Of a DNA stretch of 64,000 nucleotides, positions 1-12,017 are shown one piece after another. The translations under genes were made by a program, and so were the position numbers. The notes under the pieces were generated by a model, which saw only the letters and a list, made by a program, of their open reading frames with translations, was not told the DNA's origin and searched no databases. The DNA comes from Octopus vulgaris (taxonomy: Eukaryota), in assembly GCA_951406725.2 (NCBI GenBank), contig OX597822.1, positions 75,702,001-75,766,000 of the forward strand, given 5' to 3'. The first letter of the stretch is position 1. The number at the start of each line of letters is the position of its first letter.

Positions 1-299
1 AATATATTATATATATATAATATATATATGTATATATGCGTGTGTATATGTGTGTATATATACATATATCTATATATATATACGTATATATATATATATG
101 TGTGTGTATATATATATGTAATATGTATATATGTATATATATGTATATTTATGTTTGTATATGTATAAGTATATATATATGTATATATATGTGTATATAT
201 ATGAATATATATATGTATATATATGTGTATGTATTTATATATATATGTTTATATATATGCATATATATATGTAAATATATATATATATATATGTTTATG

Positions 300-331
<32 letters not shown>

Positions 332-457
332 CATATGTATATATGTATATATTTATGTGTATATGCATATGTATATATATATATGTGTGTGTATCTGTAT
401 ATATGTATATATATATATATGAACCTATATATATATATATATGTATTTTATTGTATG

Positions 458-494
<37 letters not shown>
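1..494. repeat. (TA)n/(TATG)n low-complexity microsatellite tract
   Basis: Nearly pure alternating purine-pyrimidine AT repeat; it generates the YI/CV ORFs in the track. Confidence 0.97.
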
Positions 495-497
<3 letters not shown>

Positions 498-938
498 AAA
501 TTAAAGACGGAAAATGGGCACACTTTGCATAGTTTTAATAAAAATTTTAATATATCTTATATTGTGTTTGTCGACCGGTTTTGCCTTCGTTAATCATTAC
601 ATTAAAATTTATTTAATACGTATTTTCTTAAGAAAAGTTTGTTTTGTCCTTGTTTTGTGTGGAGTTTATGAATGAAAGATTCAACAAGTTGAACATTTTT
701 TCTTCTTGAATCTTTCATTCATAAACTCCACACACAATATGGACAAAAAATATTTTCGAAAGAAAATACGTATTTGAATAAATTCTAATTTCATGATTAG
801 CGAAGGCGAATCTGGTCGACAAACACAATATGGGATATATTAAAAATTTGATTAAAACTATGTAAAGTGTGTGAATTTTCTTTCTTCAGTTTCTTATATA
901 TTTTACACAACTCACCTAATCGAAACTCCCTTTCTGCT

Positions 939-941
<3 letters not shown>
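495..941. repeat. Long imperfect palindrome (arms ~495-688 and ~702-895), probably Penelope-like terminal repeats in inverted orientation
   Basis: tgtgtggagtttatgaatgaaagattcaa pairs with ttgaatctttcattcataaactccacaca, and complementarity continues out to aagaaa/tttctt. Both arms carry a degenerate cgaaggc-gaaac-cg-gtcgac motif. Flanked by (TA)n on both sides. Confidence 0.8.
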
Positions 942-1015
<74 letters not shown>

Positions 1016-1057
1016 ATATATATACATATATATGTATGTATATGTATCTATGTTTAT

Positions 1058-1608
1058 GTCAGGACACTTTCGAGTGCTAATGGTAACGTGTAACCCAGTA
1101 CAACCTGTTGCATGGTCGGGTCGTCGGCGAATAAACCGGCAACCCCACCAAGCTTGCTTGGTGTGGAGGGTGTTTATTGGACACCCTGCGAGATGAAAAA
1201 CAAAACCCGTCAAAGGGCGGAGGAACTTGAGAGTCAACGGCCATCCAATAAATGTCTTAAGGTTGTATCATGTGCGGGGACATAGAAATAATCGGACTGA
1301 ATACCCGATCGCGCGGTTAAACCATTGGGAGTGAAGGACTCCTAGCCTTTGTCAGGGCATCCTTCTAGGAGAAGGCAACTTAGGTAACTGGGATAACTCC
1401 GACATAAAACCTGCGGCTAAGTGGTTACCGATGATGTTGATTTGTTCTTCTTTTCGGATTATGGCTGCTGTTGCTTAGTGAGTGGGATTGACTCAGTGCA
1501 CAGCCTTTCCTCACTTAAAAAATTATCCTTGCACAGGCATTGCACGATAACAACATTGATTAAGCTTCGTGCAGTGGCCATACTCGATTACGAGGGGGCA
1601 GCCACCAT
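1058..1608 (+). mobile_element. ~550 bp non-autonomous retroelement, probably RTE-derived (5'UTR + 3'UTR)
   Basis: A second highly similar copy lies inverted at 5246-5776. Contains ggcatccttctaggagaaggcaact, resembling RTE 5'UTR motifs, and 3' hairpins (tgcacga..tcgtgca, ctcg-atta-cgag) before an (ATGT)n tail. Confidence 0.65.
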
Positions 1609-1613
1609 GTATG

Positions 1614-1644
<31 letters not shown>

Positions 1645-1756
1645 GTATGTATGTATGTGTGTATGTATGTATGTATGTATGTATGTATGTATGTATGTAT
1701 GTATGTATGTATGTATGTATATATACCACCTGGGCTGTATATATACATATATACTA

Positions 1757-3267
1757 AATAGAGAAAATGATTGAAACCTTTTTATTTAATAATTGAAAAC
1801 AGTAAAATAAATATTCTAGAGTTTATCGTATAGATTGTTAGCGTTTCATGTATCCCCCTTTTGCCTTTAGAGCTGCTTATATGCGTTTTTGCATCCAAAT
1901 TGGCGAAAGTGGCTTGGTCAATTTTCTGCTAAACATTATATGATACTAACTTTATTACCTATGTTTTCATTGAATATATCATTAAACACTTATTAGTGGT
2001 TAATATTTGTTGAAATGTCTACAAAGAAATAGATTCCTAAAACTCAAATGTCGCAAATCCTTGCATTATCAAGTGAAGGATTCAACCAAGTTGAATTTGC
2101 AAGAAAATCGAAATGCTCGATGAAAGGTGTCCCTCAAAAGGTACAATGAAACAGTTTCTTTCAAAATCTGTATAGGGCGAGGTCACAAAAAATGTACAAC
2201 CACAAGGGAAGGCATGTTGCTGAAGAGGACATCACTGCCAGATAGGAAAAAGAGCTCTTTTGACGTAGCTGCTGAGTTTTGGGTGGCAGCAACCAGAGAT
2301 GTACCAAATCGCACAGAAAAAGAATGTTGTTAGAAGGTGTGCTAAATGAATATGAGGCCAAAAAGAAGCTGTTGCTGTCTGAGATGAACATGAAGAAGCA
2401 ATTGTGTTGGGCAAAAGATCATGAAGATTTGACTGATGATGGTTGGGATAAGGTTGTTCGGTCTAATGAAGGTAACTTTGATGTAGGTTCTCCACATTCA
2501 TTTCCACCTCTTTACTAGGCATTATTTGAAATCTTTACACTTGTACAAATTTTTTCTTGGATGCCAAAAATGATTCGTAATGTTTTTTTCTCTTCAGATC
2601 TTTGGAACCCCTGGAACTGTTTATGTTCGCCGTAGAGGTGGAGAGGCTTATCCACTTGGATGTGCGGTATCAGCACTCAAATTTCGATTAGAAAGCGTAA
2701 TTGTTGGGGGTTGCATGTCGTCCTCAGGCCCATGAATGTTGTTCATTTGTGAGGGCAGAATGAATTCTATCACTTACACCCGCATGTCAGATCAAGTTTA
2801 GCAACCTTCCTTAGCTAACATTTTCAATGATAACATCCCAGATGGCATAATCATTCAACAAAACATTGCTGTATGCCACACATCCAGAATATCAATGGGT
2901 TGGTGACGAGAAAGAGATGAGGGTGATGAAATGGCCCCCTCAGTCTCCAAACCTTAATCCTATTGAACATGTTGTGACACTTAGGTACACAAGTGAGGGT
3001 GCAAAAATGCTCTTCAGAAACACAATTAGAAGCCTAAATTCATGGAGAGTTGCAGAAAATTGACCCAATCACTTGCAAAAACTTAGTCTCAAGTATGCAA
3101 TAACGCATCAAAGCGGCTATAAAAGCAAAAGGAGGATACATTGAATACTAATTGTTAATGAGATAGACTCTAGGATGTATATTATACTGTTTTCAATTAT
3201 TAACTAAATGAGTTTCAATCATATTCTCTATTTTGTCATACCTACTTCATAATAGTGGCCAAGACTG

Positions 3268-3268
<1 letters not shown>
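1757..3268 (+). mobile_element. Degenerate Tc1-family DNA transposon (transposase pseudogene ~2015-3150)
   Basis: Inverted repeats aaatagagaaaatgattgaaac..aataattgaaaacagta (1757-1830) and tactgttttcaattatt..gtttcaatcatattctctatttt (3162-3233), ending cagtcttggcc/TA. Peptides WAKDHEDLTDDGWDKVVRSNE, VYVRRRGGEAY, VIVGGCM, QQNIAVCH, WPPQSPNLNPIEH, with stops and frameshifts. Confidence 0.9.
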
Positions 3269-3321
<53 letters not shown>

Positions 3322-3371
3322 CGTATGTGTGTTTATACGTATATATATAATCATATATATATATGTATATA

Positions 3372-3437
<66 letters not shown>

Positions 3438-3776
3438 TGTATGTATGTATGTATGTATGTATGTATGTATGAATGAATGTATGTATGTACGTATGTATGT
3501 ATGTACGTATGTATGTATGCGTATGTATGTAAAGTGATACCCCAGTAGATGAATAAACAGAAATAGATATGATTTCAAATAGCCAGATACGTTATGTGCG
3601 TGCGTTCTCACGAAATTTCCTCCTTAATTTTGTCATCCATGACACTGGTAGTTTACATTTATTTTCTCTCTGTATATATGTATGTGTGTGTATGCACACA
3701 CGCACACACATATACGTACATTCATATCCATATATACATATGTGTGTCTATATATACATACATATATTTATATATT

Positions 3777-3841
<65 letters not shown>

Positions 3842-4670
3842 ATATATATGTATGTTTATATATACATACGTATATATTTTGAAAAATCCTCATGAATGGA
3901 TGAATGCGGTAAATAAAGAATTATAGAAAATTCTGCCTGCCTCCTTTTTTCTTAATATGCAATATCTGTATATCACTTCAAATACTCACTCACACACACT
4001 CTCTCTCTATCTATCTATCTCCATGTATGTCTGTCTGCCTGTCTGTCTTTCTGTCTCTTGTCTGTCTGACTGCCTGTATGTATTTATGCATCTATGTATG
4101 TAGGCAAAAATACAAAATAAAACTGCTTGGGTTTGATATCACACACATATATATAATTTTCCGTGTGTATATATACATGGTAAATTGTGTAAGATTGATG
4201 GAAGATGTGTAAGAACAACGCTAAAATGACTAGGCCGGCCAAATTCTGTACCAAGACACGTGTCTATAGTTGTATCTAGCCTTAGGAAAAAAAGATTAGA
4301 TTGAATTTTCTTCTAAAAATACTAACTTAATGGTAAATTGATCAGTTTCTTCAAATCGTACGCTTTTCTTTTGGAGTTTTGCTAAAATTGGCGCTAATAT
4401 GTTATCTTATTATTTCTCTCTACGGCCAAAATTTTAATACATTTAGAAATATCAAGACATTTTCATGCACTAAATTTTGTTCGCCACGCACTGAAGCCGA
4501 GTTTCTAATCTAAAATTCATACCATTACTGCATAAGAGTTACTTTTCTTTAGTACTTCTAGTCACATAGGCGCGTGCGCACTACTCTTTGTCTGTCTGTT
4601 TTTCTGTCTCTTGTGTGTCTGACTGCCTGTATGTATGTATCTATGCATCTATGTATGTATGTATGTATGC

Positions 4671-4975
4671 ATGTATTAAAAAGGTGGCAGGACGCAACAA
4701 AAATTTTAGGAAAAATAAATAAGTAAATGAGTGGAAACACTACCGGTGTGTGTGTTAAATAATATGGCACTAAAAGAGAATTACTCTCCCCAGACTAGTT
4801 TTTGGATTTGGTTTACAAGATTCTTTATGTGAGTTCGTGTGTTGAAGCATATTTTATTGTGTCTGGTTAGAGTCATTCTCTTTCAATGCAATGTTATTTA
4901 ACGGTAGTGTTTCCACTCATTTACTTCTTTGGTTTTCCTAAAATTTCCTTGCGTCTTCCAACCTTTTCAATACAT
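4671..4975. repeat. Palindromic element (arms ~4671-4796 and ~4861-4975) with hammerhead-like ends; same family as 63789-64000
   Basis: aaaaggtggcaggacgcaacaaaaattttaggaaaa..agtaaatgagtggaaacactaccg is the reverse complement of cggtagtgtttccactcatttact..ttcctaaaatttccttgcgtcttccaacctttt. Confidence 0.85.
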
Positions 4976-5097
4976 ACATACATACATACATACATACATA
5001 CATACATACATACATACATACATACATACATACATACATACATACATGCATGCATGCATACATACATACATATATTATGCGTATGTATGTGGCTAGC

Positions 5098-5135
<38 letters not shown>

Positions 5136-5150
5136 GCTAGCCACGTACAT

Positions 5151-5225
<75 letters not shown>

Positions 5226-5245
5226 TACACACACATATATATATA

Positions 5246-5774
5246 TGATGGCTGCCCCCTCGTTATCGAGTATGGCCATTGCACGAAGCTTAAGCAATGT
5301 TGTTATCGTGCAATGCCTGTGCAAGAAGATATTTTTTAAAGTGAGGAAAGACTGTGCACTGAGTCAATCCCACTCACTAAGCAACAGCAGCCATAATCCG
5401 AAAAGAAGAACAAATCAACATCATCGGTAACCACTGAGCCGCAGGTTTTATGTCGGAGTTATCCCAGTTACCTGAGTTACCTTCTCCTAGAAGGATGCCC
5501 TGACAAAGGCTAGGAGTCCTTCACTCCCAATGGTTTAACTGCGCGATCGGGTATTTAATCCGATTATTTCTATGTTCCCGCGCATGATACAGCTTTAAGA
5601 CATTTATTGGATGGCCGTTGACTCTCAAGAGTTCCTCCGCCCTTTGACGGGTTTTGTTTTTCATCCCGCAAGGTGACCAATAAACACCCTCCTCACCAAG
5701 CGAGCTTGGTGGGGTTGCCGGTTTAGTCGCAACGACCCGACCATGCAATAGATAGCACTCGAAAGTGACCTGAC

Positions 5775-5776
<2 letters not shown>
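5246..5776 (-). mobile_element. Second, inverted copy of the ~550 bp RTE-derived element
   Basis: Its reverse complement aligns to 1058-1608 over the full length, apart from a ~25 bp indel near the 5' end. Inserted in (TA)n. Confidence 0.8.
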
Positions 5777-5839
<63 letters not shown>

Positions 5840-5842
<3 letters not shown>

Positions 5843-6028
5843 GGTCCCGGGTTGATTCGGGGTTAACCACAGTAAGTAAGGTACTCAATACATAGCAGAG
5901 TAAAATTAATTTATTATATAGAAGGAGTTTACAGGACTAGTACGTTCATTCAAGAGAAATCTTCAGGAGCTTCCTGAAGATTTCTCTTGAATGAAACAGT
6001 ACTAGTCCTGTAAAGCTCCTTCTATATA

Positions 6029-6034
<6 letters not shown>
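5840..6034. repeat. Near-perfect ~125 bp palindrome (5909-6034) carrying a hammerhead core; Penelope-like terminal repeat
   Basis: tttattatatagaaggagtttacaggactagtac..tcttcagga-gct-tcctgaaga..gtactagtcctgtaaagctccttctatataataaa; CTGAAGA 5974-5980, GAAAC 5993-5997, GTC 6005-6007. Confidence 0.85.
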
Positions 6035-6071
<37 letters not shown>

Positions 6072-6849
6072 GTGTGTGTGTGTGTGTGTATGTATGCATA
6101 CACACATATATACATATAGAATTGTGCTGTAACATAAGGAAGAAACTACTCTTCAGTTTATTTTATTGTAGGTTAAAACATCAACTCTGCTCACGTACGC
6201 AAACACACACACAAACGCAAACACGCGCGCACACCCCCATACGTACGCACGCACACACACACATCTATATAGTAGGCGATGCCAATATGATTGGTGTAAG
6301 TTTTACAGTCTAAATTTTATATTCGATAAAACTCATACGTCATCAGTCATGTGTTTCAGTGTGTGTCCAGGGTTTATTGTTTGAATATGTATTTTAACAT
6401 TGTTGTGTTTTAGTGTGTATATTGCTTTCATCCTTTCTGGAATATTCTGAAAATATAAGTGTGTTACCTATTTATATGTTGCTCTTTAGTTTCATTTCGC
6501 ATTGTACTATGTAGTGCATTACAACCGCTGTGTGTTGTAAATGCATAGAGGGACGGCGACGACTGTGGTACTTGTATGTCCTGCATAAGTTAGACTTGTA
6601 AATTTATTACTTTCACGTTTAAGATCAATACATAAATCATATCGATCATTAGTAGTTAGTTCGTGGATTTACATGCTTGTGGCTTGTCACTGATAAGAAA
6701 ATTTTAATAACTATATTTAAGATTTAATTGATCAACGGCGGGTAATGAAAGCATAAGATGCTACACGAACAATTATAACACAAGAAATATATTAGCAACA
6801 ACTATTTAAAGTACATAAAACACATTTAAATCAAATACATGCAACTATA

Positions 6850-7320
6850 GAATAGATGAACACCTTATCTATAAGCTCATAAATTTGAACATAAAATCCA
6901 TTATACCATACCATAAATTATCACCAATAATATATTGAAACAAAAGTCTAAAATTAAAACCGTCTTTCTTAATGACGAAGTAAAATCGTGTAAACACAGG
7001 ATCGTATTATTAATGAACAATGTTATTTATGGATTTGATTGCAAGTGTGAAAGTCACAACTTTCAGAATTACGATTGCAATTGTTATATTGGCGGTAAAA
7101 GTACAGCATTCTCCCGCCAGAGCATCATACACTGACAAGGTCCATTAATTGCAATCCACAACGTCGCATATCACAAGACAAAACTAGATAGATTAACGTT
7201 TATAAACAATGCATCTATACTCAACGGAAATTCCTTCCAATTATAGACGATTATTTTAGAGGCAATACTCGTAGCAGAACACAATGTTTGTCTGCTTCTG
7301 TATTTGTGCGTTGCTTTGTG
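6850..7320 (+). pseudogene. Penelope-like element GIY-YIG endonuclease remnant
   Basis: ORF 6935-7135 contains NNVIYGFDCKCE...CYIGGKST, matching the xVIY-xCxC-YIG layout of Penelope endonucleases; downstream ILEAILV resembles the C-terminal LEA motif. Heavily decayed. Confidence 0.55.
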
Positions 7321-8019
7321 TGTAGGTGTATTTATACAAATTACGAAAGTTCAAACCATTTCGATTACTCGTAGTTCCAATTCATTTGTAATAGCAGCTT
7401 GTATCATATGGAAGCTGTTGTTTGCTTGATTGATTTTGTTGACCTTTTCTAACTCCCTTTTGTTGCTGATCATTCAAGGTCGGACCCTATTAAGTGGCGT
7501 ATGACCAAAGGTATTTTCACTGTGACCAAATCAAAGATGGTAGAGATTATTTTTAGTAGGCCTCAGGTGGACTTGAAGAATGCATTAGTCTTCCACGTTG
7601 TATTTCACAAACCATGTAATGTCGTTATCTTGCGGCATTGTATGACTTAGCAAGAATTGACTGTTGAGGTAACAGAGCGCTTTGAATGTAATACCATGTG
7701 GGCTCATAAAAGGTAAAGTCTAAAATATGGACTTCAAAACGAGCAGATCCAAAAGGCCTCCTTGGCTGCCATTAGATAGAGATATCATAAATTGGAGTGG
7801 GAAGAAGATAGGGGATTAAGAGATTTGCTTTGTGGTGGCCGCTTTCGTGTTTAAATGTACACTAATTATATATATATATGTATATATATATAAGTGTAAA
7901 CAAGAGAGACAGAGAAAGGCAGAAAGAAGGAAAATGCCACTTATATTTGAACACTATACAAATATTCTTTAAAAAAATCATTTCTTTTAATTTTTCTAAA
8001 TTTAATTATTTAATCGTTA

Positions 8020-8057
8020 CAGTTGAAAAGGTCTCTAAATGACTGAAACCGGTACTG
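8020..8057 (+). ncRNA. Minimal type-I hammerhead ribozyme motif, U3-A8 variant
   Basis: CAG-UUGAAAA-GGUC(UCUAAAU)GACU-GAAAC-CG-GUA-CUG: stem I CAG/CUG, stem II GGUC/GACU, palindromic ACCGGU in stem/loop III, followed by aaataaa. Confidence 0.6.
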
Positions 8058-8110
8058 AAATAAATGTTCTTTATAAAATTATTTTAGCATTTTCTATCTT
8101 GACTTGTTTG

Positions 8111-8209
<99 letters not shown>

Positions 8210-8597
8210 TACATACATAAAGCATCAAAGGATATTCCCGAGCTGTAGGTTCATATGTATTACCCACTGGACGGGACGCTGGACCGGCACAGAATTACAA
8301 GTAAGTCATGCGCAGTCACACACACACACACACATATACACACACATTTATATACATGCTCGTGCATGTATATACACATACTTACAAATACATAGACACA
8401 TGCATAGGCACACATACGTGGTCAGCCATACGCCTACACGTATGTGCACAAATATATACACTTCGACACATACATTTGCATACATCCTCATACACGGAAG
8501 CATAATCTTTATTGAAAAGTAACTCGCTAATTAAAAAGAATGCTAATTATCCACCGACCAGTGGGTAATATATACGAGTCTACAGCTCGTATATATA

Positions 8598-8767
8598 GGC
8601 GCAGGAATGGCTGTGTGGTAAGTAGCTTGCTTACAAACCACATAGTTTCGGGTTCTGGCCTACTCCGATGCGCATTGGGCGAGTGTCTTCTACTATAACC
8701 TCGGGCCGACCAAAACCTTGTGAGTGGATTTGGTAGACGGAAACTGAAATAGGCGCGTCTTATATAC

Positions 8768-8800
<33 letters not shown>

Positions 8801-9050
8801 TGTATGTATGTATGTATGTATGTATGTATGTATGTATATGTTTAAGTTCCTATGTTTGTCCCCCATCGCACGACAGCCGATGTTGATGTGTTTACGTCCA
8901 CATACTTAGCGGTTCGGTCTAAGAGAACGATAGAATAAGTACTAGGCTCACAAAGAATAAGGACTGGGGTCGATTTGTTCGATGAAAGGCAGTGCTCCAA
9001 CATAGCCGCAGTCAAATGGTTGAAACAAATGAAAGAATAAAAGAATAAAA
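8598..9050 (+). mobile_element. tRNA-derived SINE, family A (full length, internal microsatellite)
   Basis: Head ggcgcaggaatggctgtgtggtaag..gggttc (A/B-box-like), core ccttgtgagtggatttggtagacggaaactgaaa, tail (aaagaat)n; more than 10 copies in this window. Confidence 0.85.
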
Positions 9051-9067
9051 AAATACATGGTTTTGAA

Positions 9068-9275
9068 GGCGCCAAGCTGCTGGATCCTTAGCAATGCCAG
9101 GCAAAATGCTTAGCGGCATTTCGATCGTCTGAGTTCAAATTTGGCCAAGGTTGACCTTTTCTTTCACCCTTTCTAGGGTCGATGGAACAGGTACCAGTTG
9201 AACACTAGGGTCGATGTAGTCGACTTTTCCGCAATCCAAAATTGCTGACTTTGTGTGAAAATTTGAGACCAGTAT
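9068..9275 (+). mobile_element. SINE family B, degenerate
   Basis: ctgagttcaaatt..ggttgacc..ctttc..gggtcgat core shared with 54977-55400. Confidence 0.7.
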
Positions 9276-9324
9276 ATATCTTTTGACAATGGAGCGATAA
9301 AGATATTGGCTTCAGGTTTTGTCC

Positions 9325-9625
9325 CTTCTCCTTCTCGGGCCATGCCTGGCTCATAAGGGCCGGTTTCTCGGTTTCTTGGTGTATAGGTTCCCCACCTGGA
9401 CGGGACGCCAATCCGTCGCAGGTAAGCTGCAAGATGCAGGAGGAAAGAGTGAGGGAAAGTTGTGGCGAAAGAGTCAGCAGACGTTCGCCACTACCTTCTG
9501 CCGGAGCCGCGTGGAGCTTAGGTGCTTTCGCTCATAAACACACACATCTCCCGGTCTGCGATTCGAACCCGCGATCCCTCGACCGCGAGTCCGCTTCTCT
9601 AACCGCTAGGCCACGTACCTCCACC
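9325..9625 (-). mobile_element. tRNA-derived SINE with family C head and a different 3' module
   Basis: Minus strand: ggaggtacgtggcctagcggttagagaagcggactcgcggtcgagggatcgcgggttcgaatcgc (A and B boxes), then gcgacggattggcgtcccgtccagg. Flanked by the near-duplication cttcaggttttgt / cttcagtttttagt. Confidence 0.8.
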
Positions 9626-9634
9626 TTCAGTTTT

Positions 9635-9836
9635 TAGTACAAGGCGAGCAACTTCAGGGGTGGGAGTAAGTCAATTACATCGACCCCAGAGCTTAACTGG
9701 TACTTATTTTATCGACATTGAAAGGATAGAAGGCAAAGTCAACCTCGGCAGAGTTTAAACTTAGAACGTAATGATAGAGGAAATGCAGCTAAGCAATTTG
9801 GCCCGGCGTGCTAACGATTCTGTCAGCTTGCCGCCT
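9635..9836 (-). mobile_element. SINE family B
   Basis: Reverse complement of ggcggcaagctgacagaatcgttagcacgccggg..gggtcgatgtaattgac. Confidence 0.8.
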
Positions 9837-11267
9837 TCAGATTGATTGATATATTGCAGAGGTATGAAGTGTTAGAAATTAAATGGCGGTACATACCCTG
9901 TGTTTATGGTCTTTCAATAATCCATTTGTGTATAAAGTATTTGTTTTTGTGTGTATTTCTGTATAACGTGTTCCATGTTTGTTTCTATGTGTGTATATGT
10001 ATGTGCGGTTGTAACTGTGATCCGTATTAAATCTGTGTATATATAAGTTAATCAGTACAGCTCTAGATACTAGGTGAACATGAGCAGAGTGGTGTTAGCT
10101 AGCTCGAAGTGTATAAACATGATGGAGTATTTGCGGAATATTTGCCGAATGCCAGCGTATTAAAGTCATAAATATCTAGCGTGGATAAATTATGCTGCAT
10201 ATCAATAAAATACATACACACTTGTATGTACACGCATATATAGCTACAAATACATACAGACAGAAAGACAGAAGAAGAGAGAAACAGGAGAGGGAAGGAA
10301 GTTGAAAACGCACTTGGTGTCTTTAAGTAGATTTACTTATATTTACCTAAGTGCTTATACACGAATTTCATGATTTTTAAGTGGAGTGTGAGACAGAGAT
10401 ATTCTGAGCTGTGGTCTATTTTTCTCGGACTGAAACATATACCCCATCTATACACAATTCATTTGAAAATCATGAAATTAGGAAACCGGTTTTATTTTTT
10501 TAATGTATATGAATTTTCTTAAAACCGACATGTGCGTTTTCAAATTCATTTCTGTATACTTTTAATCGTTGAAAGAAAAGTATTTTGCTGTATACATATA
10601 AATAAATATACGTGATATATGTATATGGAAATATATCACTGTATATACAGAGTGTGTATGTTTTCATACGTACATATATACATACATGCGTACAACTTAT
10701 ATACATATATATATATATATTCGCATACAAATACATTCACATATTCACTCGCATAAAGTCTATATGTACATTAATTCACACGCACACACACACACACATA
10801 CACGCTTATATAAAATCTAATATAATATAAATCCTAGATACAATATGAATGTAGGTAGCAATAAAAAAAAAAATTTTGTCGATATATTTATTGCTAGAGA
10901 GACGCGCGCACATATAATTACATTGAATAAACGTACAAGCGCAAACGAAACATGTATAGACACAATTTCATATACGCTCTTGCATACACACAACTACATA
11001 CCCCAACGCAAGTACTCCGCCTTTCCTCTGCCAAGCTTTCTCAATTTCACACACACACACACAAACACACACAAGCACACATACACACATTGAATCAGAA
11101 ACTCTAACGAAGTCGGAGAAAAAGACAGATGTACGATTATATGCATAAACTGAGAAAGATAGCCGTAAAGATATCGATAAATTAATACATTTTATTGCCA
11201 TCCTCGCTTAAGCCTTGCAAAGAGATACGCTTCTAAATCGATACATACATACTGATACGCACTCCTA

Positions 11268-11342
<75 letters not shown>

Positions 11343-11485
11343 GAGTGTTTGTGAACCTCTTTCTCTATGTTTCTCTTCCTACGTGTGTCTGGGTGTGCGT
11401 ATGTGCAAGCACGTGTGTATCAATGTCTGTAAACGAAACTTAATTTAGTTATTTTGCGGGTAGGAATGATAACAATAGTACATAC

Positions 11486-11525
<40 letters not shown>

Positions 11526-11591
11526 CTGTACACACACACACGTAAACAAACAATACAATCACACACACACACACATATACATATGAGTATA

Positions 11592-11635
<44 letters not shown>

Positions 11636-11932
11636 CGTATGTGTGTATATATATGTATTTATATATTTGTATATACGAGGGAACACGTACTTAGTTGTAT
11701 ACGAATATATACAGTTCATGTGTGGGTGTTTATGCGTGTATATATCTACAGCTATATACACGCACATGACTAATGTGAATACACGTATCTATGACATTAT
11801 ACATTCATACATTGGATAATATATAAATTCATATATGATAAAATACAATTATAGATTGAGCTGCGTATTTCCAAATATACACATGCATACAGTCATTCAT
11901 AAACACATAAATACACACATATATACATACAA

Positions 11933-12017
<85 letters not shown>

